Part shown: piece after piece, positions 39,341 through 52,320 of the stretch | Numbering within the stretch: the stretch's first letter is position 1 | How the letters are laid out: the number at the start of each line of letters is the position of its first letter | Assembly (NCBI RefSeq): GCF_006345805.1 | Contig: NW_021825323.1 | Coordinates: 806,001 to 870,000 of the forward strand | DNA from: Octopus sinensis | Taxonomy: Eukaryota | DNA length: 64,000 nucleotides | Direction: 5' to 3' | The notes under the pieces: model-generated | The model's database searches: none | What the model saw: only the letters and a program-made list of their open reading frames with translations | Told to the model about the DNA's origin: nothing | Position numbers and translations under genes: made by a program

Positions 39341-41504
39341 TTATAAATCTGTTTGAGGATTTTTATTATTACATTCTGACAACTTGAATTGCAAAATTCT
39401 GTCGCTAAGAAGATCCTTGCATTTAAATAATAACAATAATCTCTAAAAATAATTTTAAATAAACCAACTTTAAGAAAATTCGTTTCTTTTAACTTATAGA
39501 AGTTATAGATAGTTGTTCCCACAATTGGGACTACTATAGTGCATGTGAGTAAATATCCCACTGCAGTCGCCCAAGCAGGGAAATAATAACCATCATATCC
39601 AACAGATGTGGAAAGCATTGTATTCATCACAAATACCGCCTAAAATATACGTTTTGTATATTATTAAAATATAATTTGAATAAAGTTGGTTAACATTTCA
39701 TCTAAAAATGGAAATGTTTTGTAAATAAATTGTAAACCAACTTTAAAAAAAACTTAGTGATAAAATTAGATAAAAAGATTTAGTAAATTGATAATACCAT
39801 TGTAAATACTGGAGTCACGAATGTGAAAATAAACTTCAAAATATTGCCCTGCCTTTTTAAATCTAGAATTTTTATTTCTTTTTGAATTCTGTCAAACCCT
39901 TCAAAATAAAATATCGAGCCATACCGTAAATCCATACCAAGGAAATTATTTCCAAAAATCCTGCCAGAATCAGAATTTGACTTACTGGAAAATAGTTGAA
40001 AATCTGAAAGACATACATCCCTCCCTGTTTTAAAGATCAGAAAAAATACATTTGTGACCATCGATAGTCCAACAAGAAATGATCCGATGCAGAGTAATAG
40101 GGTGATTACTTCCTTTCGATATTTTATGTTGAAACGACCTTCCAAGATATCTTCTATTGACAGGACACTTGTCTCAAGAGTAATGAACTAAAATTATTTT
40201 TTATTTCAGGGATACAGCGCTATCAAGTCCAATAAAAATCAGAGCTAAAAAGAAAAAAAATGACCAAAAATTTGCTCCGGTTAACTCGGCAAGAGCTCTG
40301 GGATAAGCTACAAATGCCAATCCAGGACCTAACGAGTGACGTAGCGTGGAAAACCTGAATCCGCAACTTGATCAATTAAGACGTTTTGACGCTGTGCCAT
40401 AAACCCCAAAACCGGAAAGATCACAAATCCCGAAAGAATACTACAACAAGAGTTCATTATGGCGCAACGTATCGAATCGCTTTTAAATTTGATTTTTAAT
40501 TTTTACTAATAAACGTTGGTGTCTATTTTATTGTGAGAAGCCAAAGCAGTAAGAACCCCCGAAGCCAGACCATATGAAAAAAATATTTGTCCACCCGCAT
40601 CCGACCAAACCTAAAGTTATCACTTTCTTAATTCACCTCAAAGTTTGCTAATTTGCTCATGTCAACAGAAAGATAATATTTAATTCCTGTTAATGCTCCT
40701 TTAAGAGAGCAACTTTTTCCCAAAAGAATCACAATCATAATAAATGGGAGAAGTGCTGTAACGTACATTATCTACGATTTTGATAGACTGATACTTACCT
40801 TGCCTGATACTTTAATCCCTTTCCAAATAACGAAAAAACAGATTATGTAACCGAGAGCCAAACAGCCAACGAGTGGCCAATTGAGTGACCCGACATCATC
40901 AATGGTGGGAGTCAATCTCAGGACGTGATTTCTACTCACGTTAGCAATAATCGAGCAACCTAAAATATTCGTTCACTGGGTCAGTGTAATAAGAAGAGTT
41001 ATAAACTACTAGAGAAAAGTTTGTCAGGCATCTATTTGTGGCCCATGCGGGATCGCAGTATGTCCATGGAAGTGGGTTGATCATAGATGCAAACATGTAG
41101 TATATTACCCAAGATAATATTTGGATAAGATAGATCCCCAAATATATGTTAACCATCAAAAATCCCAATCCGAGGCCTAAAAATCATGTCACATGTCAAC
41201 CTTCAAATATTGGGCAAAATTGCCAAACTATATAGGGAGATCTTCGTGTCATTTGGCCAAGCAAACACTCAAAGTAAAACAAAGGAATTCCACAAAATAT
41301 CGCTGACATAAAATAAGCAATTAGGAATGCTCCTAAATTGAGTTTGATATATATTTTCGTACCTCCACCATTTTTAAAGCATAAATACGGGAAACGCCAG
41401 ACGTTTCCAAACCCAATGGATAGTCCCATGGCGCAGATCAGAAAGTCAAGTTTCCTGCTCCATGTTTCATGTTTGGTAGTTAGGTTATCGTCGTCAATAT
41501 TCAT
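39341..41504 (-). CDS. SLC6 sodium:neurotransmitter/amino-acid symporter
   Basis: [84 protein letters not shown]. Confidence 0.95.
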
Positions 41505-42149
41505 TTTTCGTATTTGAATAATTCTACTTATATAACCGATTTGGTTAGCTAATGTAGCAATTATTGTGGTTTCAGACACAAATTAGTCGTTTTTTATTTA
41601 GAATAGTTTTCAATGATCTTTCTTAAAAAAATAAATTGTCAACACATTGCCTTCTCAACCTTAATTTGTTCATGTTCAGGAATTATTTTATATAAAATAA
41701 AAGCGGTTTTTTATAACCTAATTATCCATGTAATTTGAATATACAATTATTCTAGTGTTCGATTATTGAGCTGTGACTTCTGTGGTAACCACCTCAATAC
41801 ACACCTTTAATTTCTAAAACCTCCTTTGAACTCGATGGTTCGACGCTTCAATTTGTACTAGTTGCAAGGCAAAAAATTAAGGGATTCAACACATTTTAAC
41901 GTTTCCATATGTAATCATGGTAAAGCATGTTAAATTGTCAATAGTCAGTCACTGTCCACTTTTATTATTAAAAAACTTCATATCCTCGAAATATAAGAAT
42001 AATCCTTTTAATTTAAAAAAATTGTTCACATATTTTAGCCTTTTTGATGACTAGTGTACGTCAATCTGCAGTTTTCCAGCTGTTTAAGATCCATTTAAAT
42101 GACTAAAGTTAATTTCAATTATTTGACAAATGGATATTTTTAATATGAT

Positions 42150-42510
42150 ATTGAAATTTAGATATTTGTGAAGCTTTCGAAAAATTTTGTTTTGAAATTG
42201 GCTTTTTCGAGATTTTACAAACACATAATGGAACGGAGTTTAAGAATAATTATCTCGATTCTTTCTGTCTTAAAAACAAAATCAAACATTTATTAATGAC
42301 CAAATCATCCTTAATTACAAGTAACGATACAATATTTATCTGTTTCAGGGTATCGTGGAAACGTTTAACAAACTTTGACACGAATTTTGTCAAAGCTGAT
42401 GGATGAGTGAGGAATCAACTAAAAACTGGATCCAATTTATTAAACAAAGTGCTTTTACATATAACTACGCTTACCACTTTATTATTCTGGAAATCTGGAA
42501 CATTTATTGA
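42150..42510 (+). mobile_element. Retroviral-type (rve) integrase remnant, Ginger/KRBA2-SCAND3-like
   Basis: FEIGFFEILQTHNGTEFKN..LDSFC..KIKH, QGIVETFNK, WMSEESTKNWIQFIKQSAFTYNYAYH follow the integrase-core consensus (LQxDNGxEF; QGxVERxN; W..L..V.F.YN...H). Confidence 0.7.
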
Positions 42511-42849
42511 TTTCAATAATCAAAATCCGAGACAAAAAAAATTTTCACAGAAAAACAAGAAAATATTAACTAAAAAATTCCGATTATATTTTTGAACTGA
42601 ATGAACTTTATCTAGAAATTTTTGATTTTTTGAAAAAATAAATGCACGGCATGTTCAATTTACAACTCAATAATGATTTGAAGATTTATTCTTTCGTTCG
42701 ATCTCTTTCTTTAACCAAGTGGAATTCATTGTTGAAAATATTCTTTCTACAGGAGCAGTAGTGCTAGGTAGGCAAAAAACATATTCGATAATTTTGGTAA
42801 AATTTGGAATTTGATTTCCACATTACTCAATAATAATAAATATAATAAT

Positions 42850-42902
42850 CCAGGACAAAATCCAGGACAAGCCTCCATTATCCGGGACGGATGGTATCCT
42901 AC
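42850..42902 (-). mobile_element. hAT/Tip100-like element terminus
   Basis: Reverse complement TAGGATACCATCCGTCCCGGAT...GTCCTGGATTTTGTCCTGGATT resembles TAGGGTTGCCA/GTCCCG-repeat termini; no partner end found. Confidence 0.35.
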
Positions 42903-44017
42903 ATATAACACAACTATTAATTTATCTATAAACGAAACACTATTGCAACGGGTAAATCAATGAACGACTGAGTGGAGGAAGTAGCCATCACGAGACATCA
43001 GAGGAACCTGTCGAGGACACGGACGCTGTATCCCGGCCTATGAATCTAGGCGGATCGGACGCAAAGAGGAGGAATCTGGAACCAAAATTATCATAAGATA
43101 TTTCTCCACTTTAATTAATTTACTAATTTAAATTCAACTACGTATATGGATGGCTAAACAAAACACCATTAGAAAACTGAGGAGTTTCTGATATTAAAAC
43201 TGTCATTCATGAGTATAAGTGTTTTTTTAATTTTTAAATTTTAAAAAAAGTGAAAGTTCGGATAATTTTTATCCACTCTCATCTGAGGATTTGGATGTAG
43301 AAAATATTTTAGACGTTTCAAATAAATTTTGTATAAAGTATGCTAGAAAACTTGAATCCTAAAAATTTTGTATTGAATTTTTTCCGCCGAATTTAAATTC
43401 GTAGTATTGTAAACGGATGAATAAAAAAATAAATCTTTATCAATAAAAATACGATTTTCCAATTGGGAATAATTGGTAGGTTTGAGTTTTAAAAGATCAT
43501 AGGATAAATTTTCCACTTCAGTTAAACATATTTGAATCCCCGTATGGAGAATCAGCTGAAATTATTCAAATTTGTTAATACAATCGATTAGTGATTTATT
43601 TTATGAATATTTTGTTTATTTTTTTATTTAAACACCAAGACCACGGTAGAAACAGGACAAATAGTCACGTGATCCGGATGCACTCTACCAGGAACCTCAT
43701 TCTCGCTCGGTGATCTTCCCACGAGACCACATAAAATCGAATCGGGCAGCTGATCGGTTTCGCGACGACATTGGTCGGCAATCTGGAGTTCTGCTTAATC
43801 AGATTCTCTAGAGAAGCCCGTCCGGAACGTTGAAGATAAATGTTCGCCAATACCGGTTGAGAACCGTTTTTCCATAATCCGGATAAACTTTGTTTTCTGT
43901 TTGCATTGTTATGTCTGCGTGTTGAGAGAAGCAGAGATGCATGTCGAGAATTACTCTTAGGCCTTCTGTTGAACACTATGGCCACATTATTTAACTGTCT
44001 TCTTTCCAAATTTTTTA

Positions 44018-45350
44018 TTAGATGTGAAAAGGGACGTAGAGGACTTCGCATGGTTCACAACGAGCCAAACATAGAAGCTTAATTTTAATGAATTCTTTAT
44101 TGTGACAATTATTAATTAAAAAGTCACTGTGACAGGGATTATGGTTGGTTGACAGGTAACATGTAACCACTATGGGATGGGTCTCAGCTTCTGAAAATAA
44201 TGACATCCCATGTTGGCAGGCATTTAACTACTTCGTTTGTCTGTAATTATTATTGTATTCACATTTAATTAACAAAATCACTTCTAGTCATAAAGTTAGT
44301 TAGAATATTAAAAATTATACTTTATTCATTACGTTAGTTATGTTTTTAATAAATTAACTTGAAATTTTATATATCTTATTATATAGGTATTTTAGATAAT
44401 CTAACAAATCTTCTTCATTGATTTGATCTGTCAGTACTTTATGTCCTTCGTTGGCTTTGATAAGTTTTTTTTTGTACTCAATCAAAGGAGGTATTATTGC
44501 TTGACTTAACTTTTTTTTAATAATTTTCCGTGTGGTTGCAGTTAAAGAATCAGCTTCTATTTTTGGATATATATTCTCAGCTTTTAAATTTGCTTTTGGT
44601 CTAATGAAGTATGAAATCCGTATCATTACCTAGAAGGTGATGGATCCATAAAATTCATATTGTTCAATCTATTGATCGCTTCGTCCAGTTCTTGTGATGA
44701 TTTTTTATGCATATCTCTTTTACGTATATTTTTTTTGATTTCAATTATAGTGGCTTTTAAATTTTCTGGATCAATCTTCATATCAGTTAGCTTCACAATA
44801 AATTTCCGAATCGAAGCACGATTAGAGCTGATTAAATTCAAGTGTTTATCCCCGTTAGGGAAAAAATCATCGTCAGTTGAAAAATCTCTACTCGGAAATA
44901 ATCGTGATGGAATACTAATACTGTTGCTTTTACTACAAGAAAAAGTGCTATCATTTCTGCTGTATTTTTTTTGAGAATATATAGAAGAGCGACAAAAATC
45001 TATACTTCCAAATCCAGAGTCTTTTCTTGGGACACTAAGAGTTTTCATTTTGACAGTTTCATTATCTTGTTGAATTTTTGGAAAATTTATCTGAATATTA
45101 GATTTATTTCCCTTTTAAATCAACATGCGAGTTTACCTTTGCTAGAGTTGCCTTTAAAACTTTTTTCCATTGATAGAGATTTTTGCTGTCAACATATTTT
45201 TTTTCTTCAATTTCTAATTCTCGGTCAATTTTCTGTTTTTCACGCTCAATGAGTTCTTTGATATGTAGCAAATCAACTTTTGACTGACGATCACGTGAAA
45301 TACGCGAATTTACAACTAACCCAGCTCCTTCTATTTGTTCTTTTCTAGGT
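44018..45350 (-). CDS. Uncharacterised coiled-coil protein (5' end unresolved, may extend to about 45950)
   Basis: Long same-strand frames joined by short GT-AG gaps (e.g. ...KVLKATLAK|GNKSNIQINFPKIQQDNETVKMKTLSVPRKDSGFGS...); charged helical segments; no family recognised. Confidence 0.55.
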
Positions 45351-46200
45351 TTGATATTGATAAAATTTATGAAAGTTACAATTTATTCATCTAAAAATTT
45401 TGCATTTTTAAATTGTAATGACTTGAATTTATGTACAACTTAAAGTACATAATATTCGCAGTCTATTGTTTTTTTCCTTCTAGACGTCATAAAAAGTTCT
45501 TGTTTTCAATTATAAAAATTGATAAAAGTTTTTCTCTTTTGAAATTATTGCCGTTTCGTTTAAAGTTAATTCTTAATAAAAGAATTGAATTGGTATATAA
45601 ATTTCTAAGATGAAGTTAGATTTTAGAGTATGTTCTTTACATTTTTCCACTTAGATTTGGTAACATTAGTTAATTTACCAATAAAAACATTTTTTACAAA
45701 GTATACGTAAACTGATAGCAATCTAATGTTAAGCTGTGTTGTTAGATCATTTTTCTAAATGATTGGAAATATGGTTTTTATATTTTATGACATCCTAAAT
45801 TTTTTAACACTACCTGTTGAAATTTTTAATACTTCTCAGTTCCTACGAACATGAAAGCCCTCTTGTATTCACATAGACGAAGATATGATGCAATTGCGGA
45901 GACCACGGTCAAGAAGCACTTCCCCGGGCTTATTTGTTCTGTTTTTCGTGTTCCATTCGGGGAATTAAAAATATACTTAATTCATTTTAAAACAATTTTT
46001 AATGAAATTAGAGTATAATTTTTATTATACGTAGAAATGTTTAAGGAAATTAATTAAATAAAAATTGTTCAAATGTGATGAAGTCAAGGACGGAGTTTTG
46101 GCTTTGCACATGTTAAGTGACGCACTTGTCACACCAAGGTCGCATCTCATCAAAAAATGAGTTTTTTCATTTAGAAAAAGAGAAGTTTTTTATTATCAAA

Positions 46201-46465
46201 TTAAAAATGCAGGGGTTCTCTGATTAGTTTGGTTATTGGCGGATAGCCAAGGGGATTAATTTCGATTATAACCAGGGGGACTTGCTCGGCCAGATACCGG
46301 TGCTCGCATGGGTCGCCGGAAACCCTTTCCATAAATGATCCGATGTGTCGGAGCAGGCTAAGAGATCCCTCTATTCCGGACTTTTCAACTGGCAGCTGGA
46401 CAAACAGTGCTATTCCCACATCAGCATACTTCTTGCACTTTTTTTCTTCATCCCCTTCTGAACAA
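46201..46465 (-). mobile_element. Divergent CRE 3'-end fragment
   Basis: EEKKCKKYADVGIALFVQLPVEKSG..LSLLRHIGSFMERVSGDPCEHRYLAEQVPLVI matches the RLE C-terminal E-x-K..KY / P-x-A-x-E-x-SG / DPRE pattern. Confidence 0.75.
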
Positions 46466-46680
46466 TATGTGTATTCATTTGATGATAATAAAATTTATTG
46501 TAATTAAATATTGTAATATTTTACGTTTTGAAAGAAAATATCATAATAAAAATTTAAATTATAGTCGCTCTTACGTTTTCTAGTACGTATCTAAATCTTA
46601 TTTTAAATATTTATCCAAGAGTAGATAATTAATATGAATTTTTTAGCTTTAGGTTCGGTGGTCATCCACCAGATTGAAAA

Positions 46681-48536
46681 ATGTCTAATATTAATTCTCA
46701 GCAAAATGCTGCTGTGCCATTAAATAAAAATAATGAGAAACGAAAATGTTTTGTGACACAAAAACTAACATATAGCTGGAAATCGTTTCCATGGAAAACC
46801 AAATCCAGAACTTGAGGCACAATTTGGACCACAAAATTGGCGCAGGTTGAACATGTATATTATATATTTTAGCGACAAGCAGGCAACTCCAAGAAGGAAC
46901 AAATATTCTTCTATTACTACTGAAATGCATTTATTCGCCAGGTTTTTGCCATTTTTGAAACCATTAGAGCCCAATTTATTATATTTCCTGAAACTAATTT
47001 GTCGACAGACATTAAAGATGGCAATAGGCCAGTTCCTTGGGGAGATATAATTGCCATCGTACGAGTGCCTAATTTATTATTTTAGCGAAAGTTTGTCAGT
47101 TCGTTCGACGTGTGCCCAGTCTGCCTCTCTGAGTTTAAATTACGTATAATTTGAAATAAAACATTTATTTTAGCACAAATAACAAAATGTGGACATATTT
47201 TTTGTTCAATTTGTATCTTCCGGCTTTTTAAATATGCCAAATTCACAAGGAACACGTGTCCTGTTTGTTATTCTCTTTTAAATCCTGCGGACATTAGAAT
47301 GTTAGAAATAGTATTAAATAATTTATAGACTAAAATTCATTTATTTGAATGAGATCAAAGTTGGAAATCATATCGAAATGATGCTCATGAAGAGACTGAG
47401 GACCTCTCTTGTAACAATGCCTGCCAATTCTATTTTATCGAGCGACTATCTCCCTAAACTCAGCTGTGGTTGTTAAAATATAAATATAAAATTGTAGAAA
47501 TTTTGCCTTTTTCGAGAATCATTGTGGCTGATGATTATTCGTCTGCAGAAAGAGAAATATTCAATCCATTTGTTGAAGAGATTTTGTCTTATTTGAGCGA
47601 CAGCAATGAAGACGATTCTCTTTTTTTAAACCAAGTCCTTGGCTCATTAGAATCGTTTCGTTCTACGACAGTATATTTCACTGATGTAAGTAAATTGCAG
47701 CAATCACGACTTGCGAAATCATCTGACGCAACTAGGTTCGATTTTACTGTGAATCGTGACGAGGATTATGTTTATTTCTACCAATGTATGATGCCTAATT
47801 GAAAATATTTTAGCCGCTGACGGACAGAACATTTTTCTTAGTTCTTTTAACGTTCGCTGTTTATTGGATGATTACGACAGTTTGGAAAACTGTCCTCAAA
47901 CATTGAACGCCCGTGTTGTAGCTATTGAGACCTTTATTTCCACAGAGGTAAGAATTGGCTTATTTAGTTTCTGTAGGAAAATAGGTCAAAATGGCGGTTT
48001 TTAAATCATTTGCCTCCTTCCTCTCAATATGCTTTTGTGGAAATTGATCTGAGTTATGAACTAAGTTGTCACGCCGTGGAAAACAATCGAGGTTTATATA
48101 AATTAGGTTTTTGATGTGATTAGAGGAGTTAGAGCAGAGAGCTCAGTCAAGGCGAGATAAGGTTATCAAAGAAGAAAAGGAAATGGCAAAATCTAAAATG
48201 AAAGCTGAACGTACATTTGAGAAAGAGCATGTTAGAATATCATCCTGTGTTTATGAATGTGATTTCAGTGATACATCGTTGTTTCCGTTTCTTCCTTTAT
48301 CTGAGCCAATCCAACGACCAAAGCAATCCAGCAATAAGATCACCTACGCCCAAGTACAGCTTTATTTTTACAACTCCAAGGCGGTCGGAAATATTCCCAG
48401 TAGCACAGAAAATACTGTTTCAGATGGCGGCTTTCTTTATGACATGTGTTGCAGTGCCAAAAGTTGGTGTTGTGATTTGAATATTCTTAGAAAAAAACAA
48501 ATCAAAGAAATGATTATTCAGTTGATTTGTTACTAA
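46681..48536 (+). CDS. RNF10: RING finger protein 10 (E3 ligase)
   Basis: CPVCLSEF..ITKCGHIFCSICIF..TCPVCYS RING, VGNHIEMMLMKR, YFYQ|ADGQNIFLSSFNVRCLLDDYDSLENCP, RFLNHLP. Confidence 0.9.
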
Positions 48537-48653
48537 TCTTTTTTTCAATTATTTGCATTTAATTTATGATGTTATTTATTGTATAAATAATTACTTTGTT
48601 AATGGATTTTATAATGATGTGTGATTGGTAAGAAATCAATGAATTGTCAAGGA

Positions 48654-49421
48654 ATGGATTTTGTTAAAGTGCCATTACAGAGATTTACCACTGCTGTTAA
48701 CTCGGATATGTGTCAAATAAATCGACAGGTTGAACGAATTAGACGCGTAGGTCCATTAATTTGCTCATTTATAAAGAATAGTTGGAGAATAATGAAGATT
48801 CTGACGAATATCACTGGGAAATTAATAATTTTAATCAAAGAATTTCTCATTTGAGAATTTGTATTCTGGAAATTGAAAAATGTCGTATGAAGCTCCACAG
48901 CGAGACAGAAATTGAACAATTCGACAAAATAGTTAATCCGCTGACAATTGAAGCTGTCGATTGCCTAAATAAATTCACCGTTTTTTTAAAAAAACGGTCA
49001 CACGAGGATTACGATTTTGAGGTTTTTGAAGAATCTACGCAAAAATTGAAAAATATGTTGATAAGCGTGAATCAAACGTTCAAGACCTCACATGATAATC
49101 TACAAAATATTCAATGTCAATTCAACGAAGCTGAATTTAACTCAAAAATTGAAGATTCTACTTTTAAAAAAGTTTGTCATTTTGGAATGAGTGGTTTTTT
49201 AGACTAAAATGAATAAACTCGCACTTATATCCTCATTAGCTGGCGGTGCGGTTGGAGCCATTATAGGTGGACCAGTGGGCTGTGTGTTGGGCTTTAAATT
49301 TGGCTTGATTGCAGGAACCTCGTCAGGTCTGATAACATTTATAGCTGGTTTCGGGCTTCTATTTTGTACTTTAGGAGTAACTGCTGGTTCTAAACTTGAT
49401 CTTAGTGATAAGAACAAATAG
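48654..49421 (+). CDS. STX17: Syntaxin 17
   Basis: N-terminal KVPLQRF, LRICILEIEKC..IVNPL, a SNARE-like helix and the Gly-zipper double TM LAGGAVGAIIGGPVGCVLGFK. Confidence 0.8.
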
Positions 49422-49493
49422 TTTATACAACATGTTAAAAATATATTAATTTGTTATTTTTTTAATAAAACTTGTTATTCAAAAGTATCTGAC

Positions 49494-50179
49494 ATGGTGT
49501 CCGAATTTTTGCAATCTATGTTAACTAAAGAAGACCCTAGAGCAGATTTAGCCGAGTTTATAGGTTAGAGCTTATTCTATTTATAACAAGTCACGTGTTT
49601 GAGCACAATTGTCTTTGAAAGGGGATTGTATAACCACGAAGAATTCGATATGATATTCCGATATGAAATGCCAATTCATTTTCCTGTCACGGAATATTTA
49701 AGATTTTATTTAAAACAATTATCAGATTCACTTTTCAGTAACTTTTATTGATCATCCTAGGCGTTCTGGTTGACAATTCTCTTTCTACTTTTTCAATTAT
49801 TGTCAAGCTTCAAAACAACATTTATGAAACTTGGGATTTTGATATTTTTGGTTATCAGTATTTATCGAACTGCAGAAATCACTTCTGGAAGTCAAACAGC
49901 GTTTGAATCACGTGCACAAACAATTATCCGTCAAATAACCTCGTTTATTGCATGCCTACCTAAAATTAAATCTCAATGTACGCTAACGATAATATTAAAG
50001 GCACATTTGATACGATTTGGAATATAAAAAACCATAAACCTCAGATTATCAACGCAAATAAATTAATGAAACCCAAAAAAGAACTGAATTATTTGGATCT
50101 AAACAAAAATTGCCAAATAAATGAAATTTCTACTTCTTTACACAGATTGGTATTATCTGTAAAATATCAAAATAACTGA
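49494..50179 (+). CDS. MAD2L2: HORMA-domain protein REV7/MAD2L2
   Basis: ADLAEFIVTCLSTIVFERGLYNHEEFDMIFRYEMPIHF..LRFYL aligns with REV7 [34 protein letters not shown]. Not in the ORF track because of introns. Confidence 0.7.
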
Positions 50180-50210
50180 AATGTTTTTTTATTAGTAAAT
50201 ATGAGTTTTG

Positions 50211-51769
50211 TTATATCGGAAGTTCAAAGCTGACATCTAAAGCGGTTTCCCTTGCAATTTCTACAATATTTGCCAAATTTACGACCTAGAGAATACAAAT
50301 GCATTTCTACCATTTTAGTAGCCACGTCCAAATCACTGCAGGGAAGAATTTTAAGTTGACTTTGATAAATCATGGACTGTGCCTCCTCCAATTTTGTACC
50401 CTGAAGACGGACTACAATCGGGACTTTGAGTTTAAGTCCAGACACTGCGTCGATAATTCCGCGGGCTATGACGTCACACCGCATAATCCCGCCAAATATA
50501 TTAACCAAAACAGCTCTAACCTAGGAATATAAAAAAATTATACACCTGACTATCAGATGTGATTATTCTCAGGGCTTCCATTACTTGCTCGGCTGATGCT
50601 CCTCCTCCGATATCCAGGAAATTTGCTGCCTTTCCGTTGTGATAGCTGATAATATCCATGGTCGACATTGCTAATCCAGCACCGTTAACTGAGTAAATGA
50701 CGGATATTGTGATACCAAGACAGCCAATGTTACCATCTAATCCAATATAGTTTATGTTGTGTTTTGCAGCCTCCTGTTCGCGGGTGTCCTGTTCACTTAT
50801 ATCACGATGAGCGAAAATATTTGTTTGTCTGAATTCTGAATTGTCATCAATCACCATTTTGCAGTCCATTGCATATACTTTAAATATAAATTAAAAAACA
50901 CAATTTCCATTGATATCAAGACTAATGGGATTAATCTCCAGTAAAGTGCAGTCACATTCGTGGAACAAATTAGACAAATTCTTCACCATTGAAATTACCT
51001 AAATACACTTAAATAAGCTTACTTGGGGAATATGAGATTCGTCAAATTTCAAAAACGTGGCAATTTCATATGCGGTTATGTCATCCATGACACCCCGAGA
51101 CCCCAATGGTCGTGTCATGAGAAGTTCGGGATAGTTTGCTGCCATTTCCTCAATATTAACGCCTCCTTCTGCACAAGCAATAGCAGTTGTGTTCTATAAA
51201 TGAGATTTGGGTACTAACATTTGTTTTTCTGTTCAATAATATGGCAAAATAAGATTCTCTGCGTGAATAAAGACGCTGACAGACAATTATTTTTCTGCAA
51301 ACAACACCTTTAGATCCCGTCTGTTTCGTAACTATAGTTTTTCCCAGCATTTGATCGCTTATGGCTTTAGCATCATCAGCACTAAGTAATATTCATTAAA
51401 TAGATCGAACTTATAAACTGTTTTAACACCTCCACGCAGTCCGCTTGAGAAAAGTCCCCTTCCACGGCCACCTGCGAGGACTTGAGCCTTTATCACCACA
51501 TCCTCTACTCCTGTCATTTCATCTAAATAAAAAGATTGAGAATAAATTGTGACGTAGTTTTATTGCAGCGTCATATGTTTCCTGGCATGTTTTTGCCATA
51601 ATAAAATTTGGAACTGGGATTTGGTATTTTTTTAAAATTTCCATTGCGGAATATTCATGTAGAGAAAGATAACGTTTGTTGACTGAGTTTTTCTGTAAAG
51701 TTGATAATTAAATATTTTTATAACTTTAAATATTTGCGATGTGACTTGTTTTAAGCATCCCAACAGCAT
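50211..51769 (-). CDS. SUCLA2: Succinyl-CoA ligase beta subunit, ADP-forming, mitochondrial
   Basis: [78 protein letters not shown]; ends DVSFELPI*. Confidence 0.92.
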
Positions 51770-52320
51770 TTACTGATTAATTACTGTTTGTTCTACTTAA
51801 ATAAAATATATAAAGTTTATTTATATAAAATTTAATCATTTATTTTTATTTTTTTATTAGTGATATAACATCATACAATATTTTATGACAAGGGGTTTTT
51901 TCTGGGTTATTCTCTTTATCACAAAGTAAATTATTCTTTATTTTATACGGCTAGTAGAAAAATTCACTTTTTATTAATAACTTTACTTTTTAATTGGGTT
52001 TTTTTATCTGTGCCTTTTTCCGGAATATACTTAATTCATTTATTGATATTATTAGCATCGATTTCTTCTGTTTTATTGTGGTTAGGCTTTAGTTTTTGAT
52101 AAGATAAGAATTATGTTTTTGACCTTTATTTGAAGGTCTTGCCTTACTTTATGGGAACAAATATTATAAATTCTTAAGGATTTTTTAAGATTATCCAAGT
52201 GGTGGTATATAAATCCATTCATTTAACTTTCGATAATCGATTGTCATTTGTTCTATTTTTTTAATAATAATTGTTTTAATATTGATTTTTTAATTTATTA
52301 TTAAAATCCTAATTTCATCC

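Noticed and set aside
42960-44010. GC-elevated islands at 42960-43090 and 43680-44010, including a Penelope-like GSQPVLANIY match and weak CRE N-terminal similarity
   Set aside because: Single short motifs in incompatible frames; no supportable assignment.
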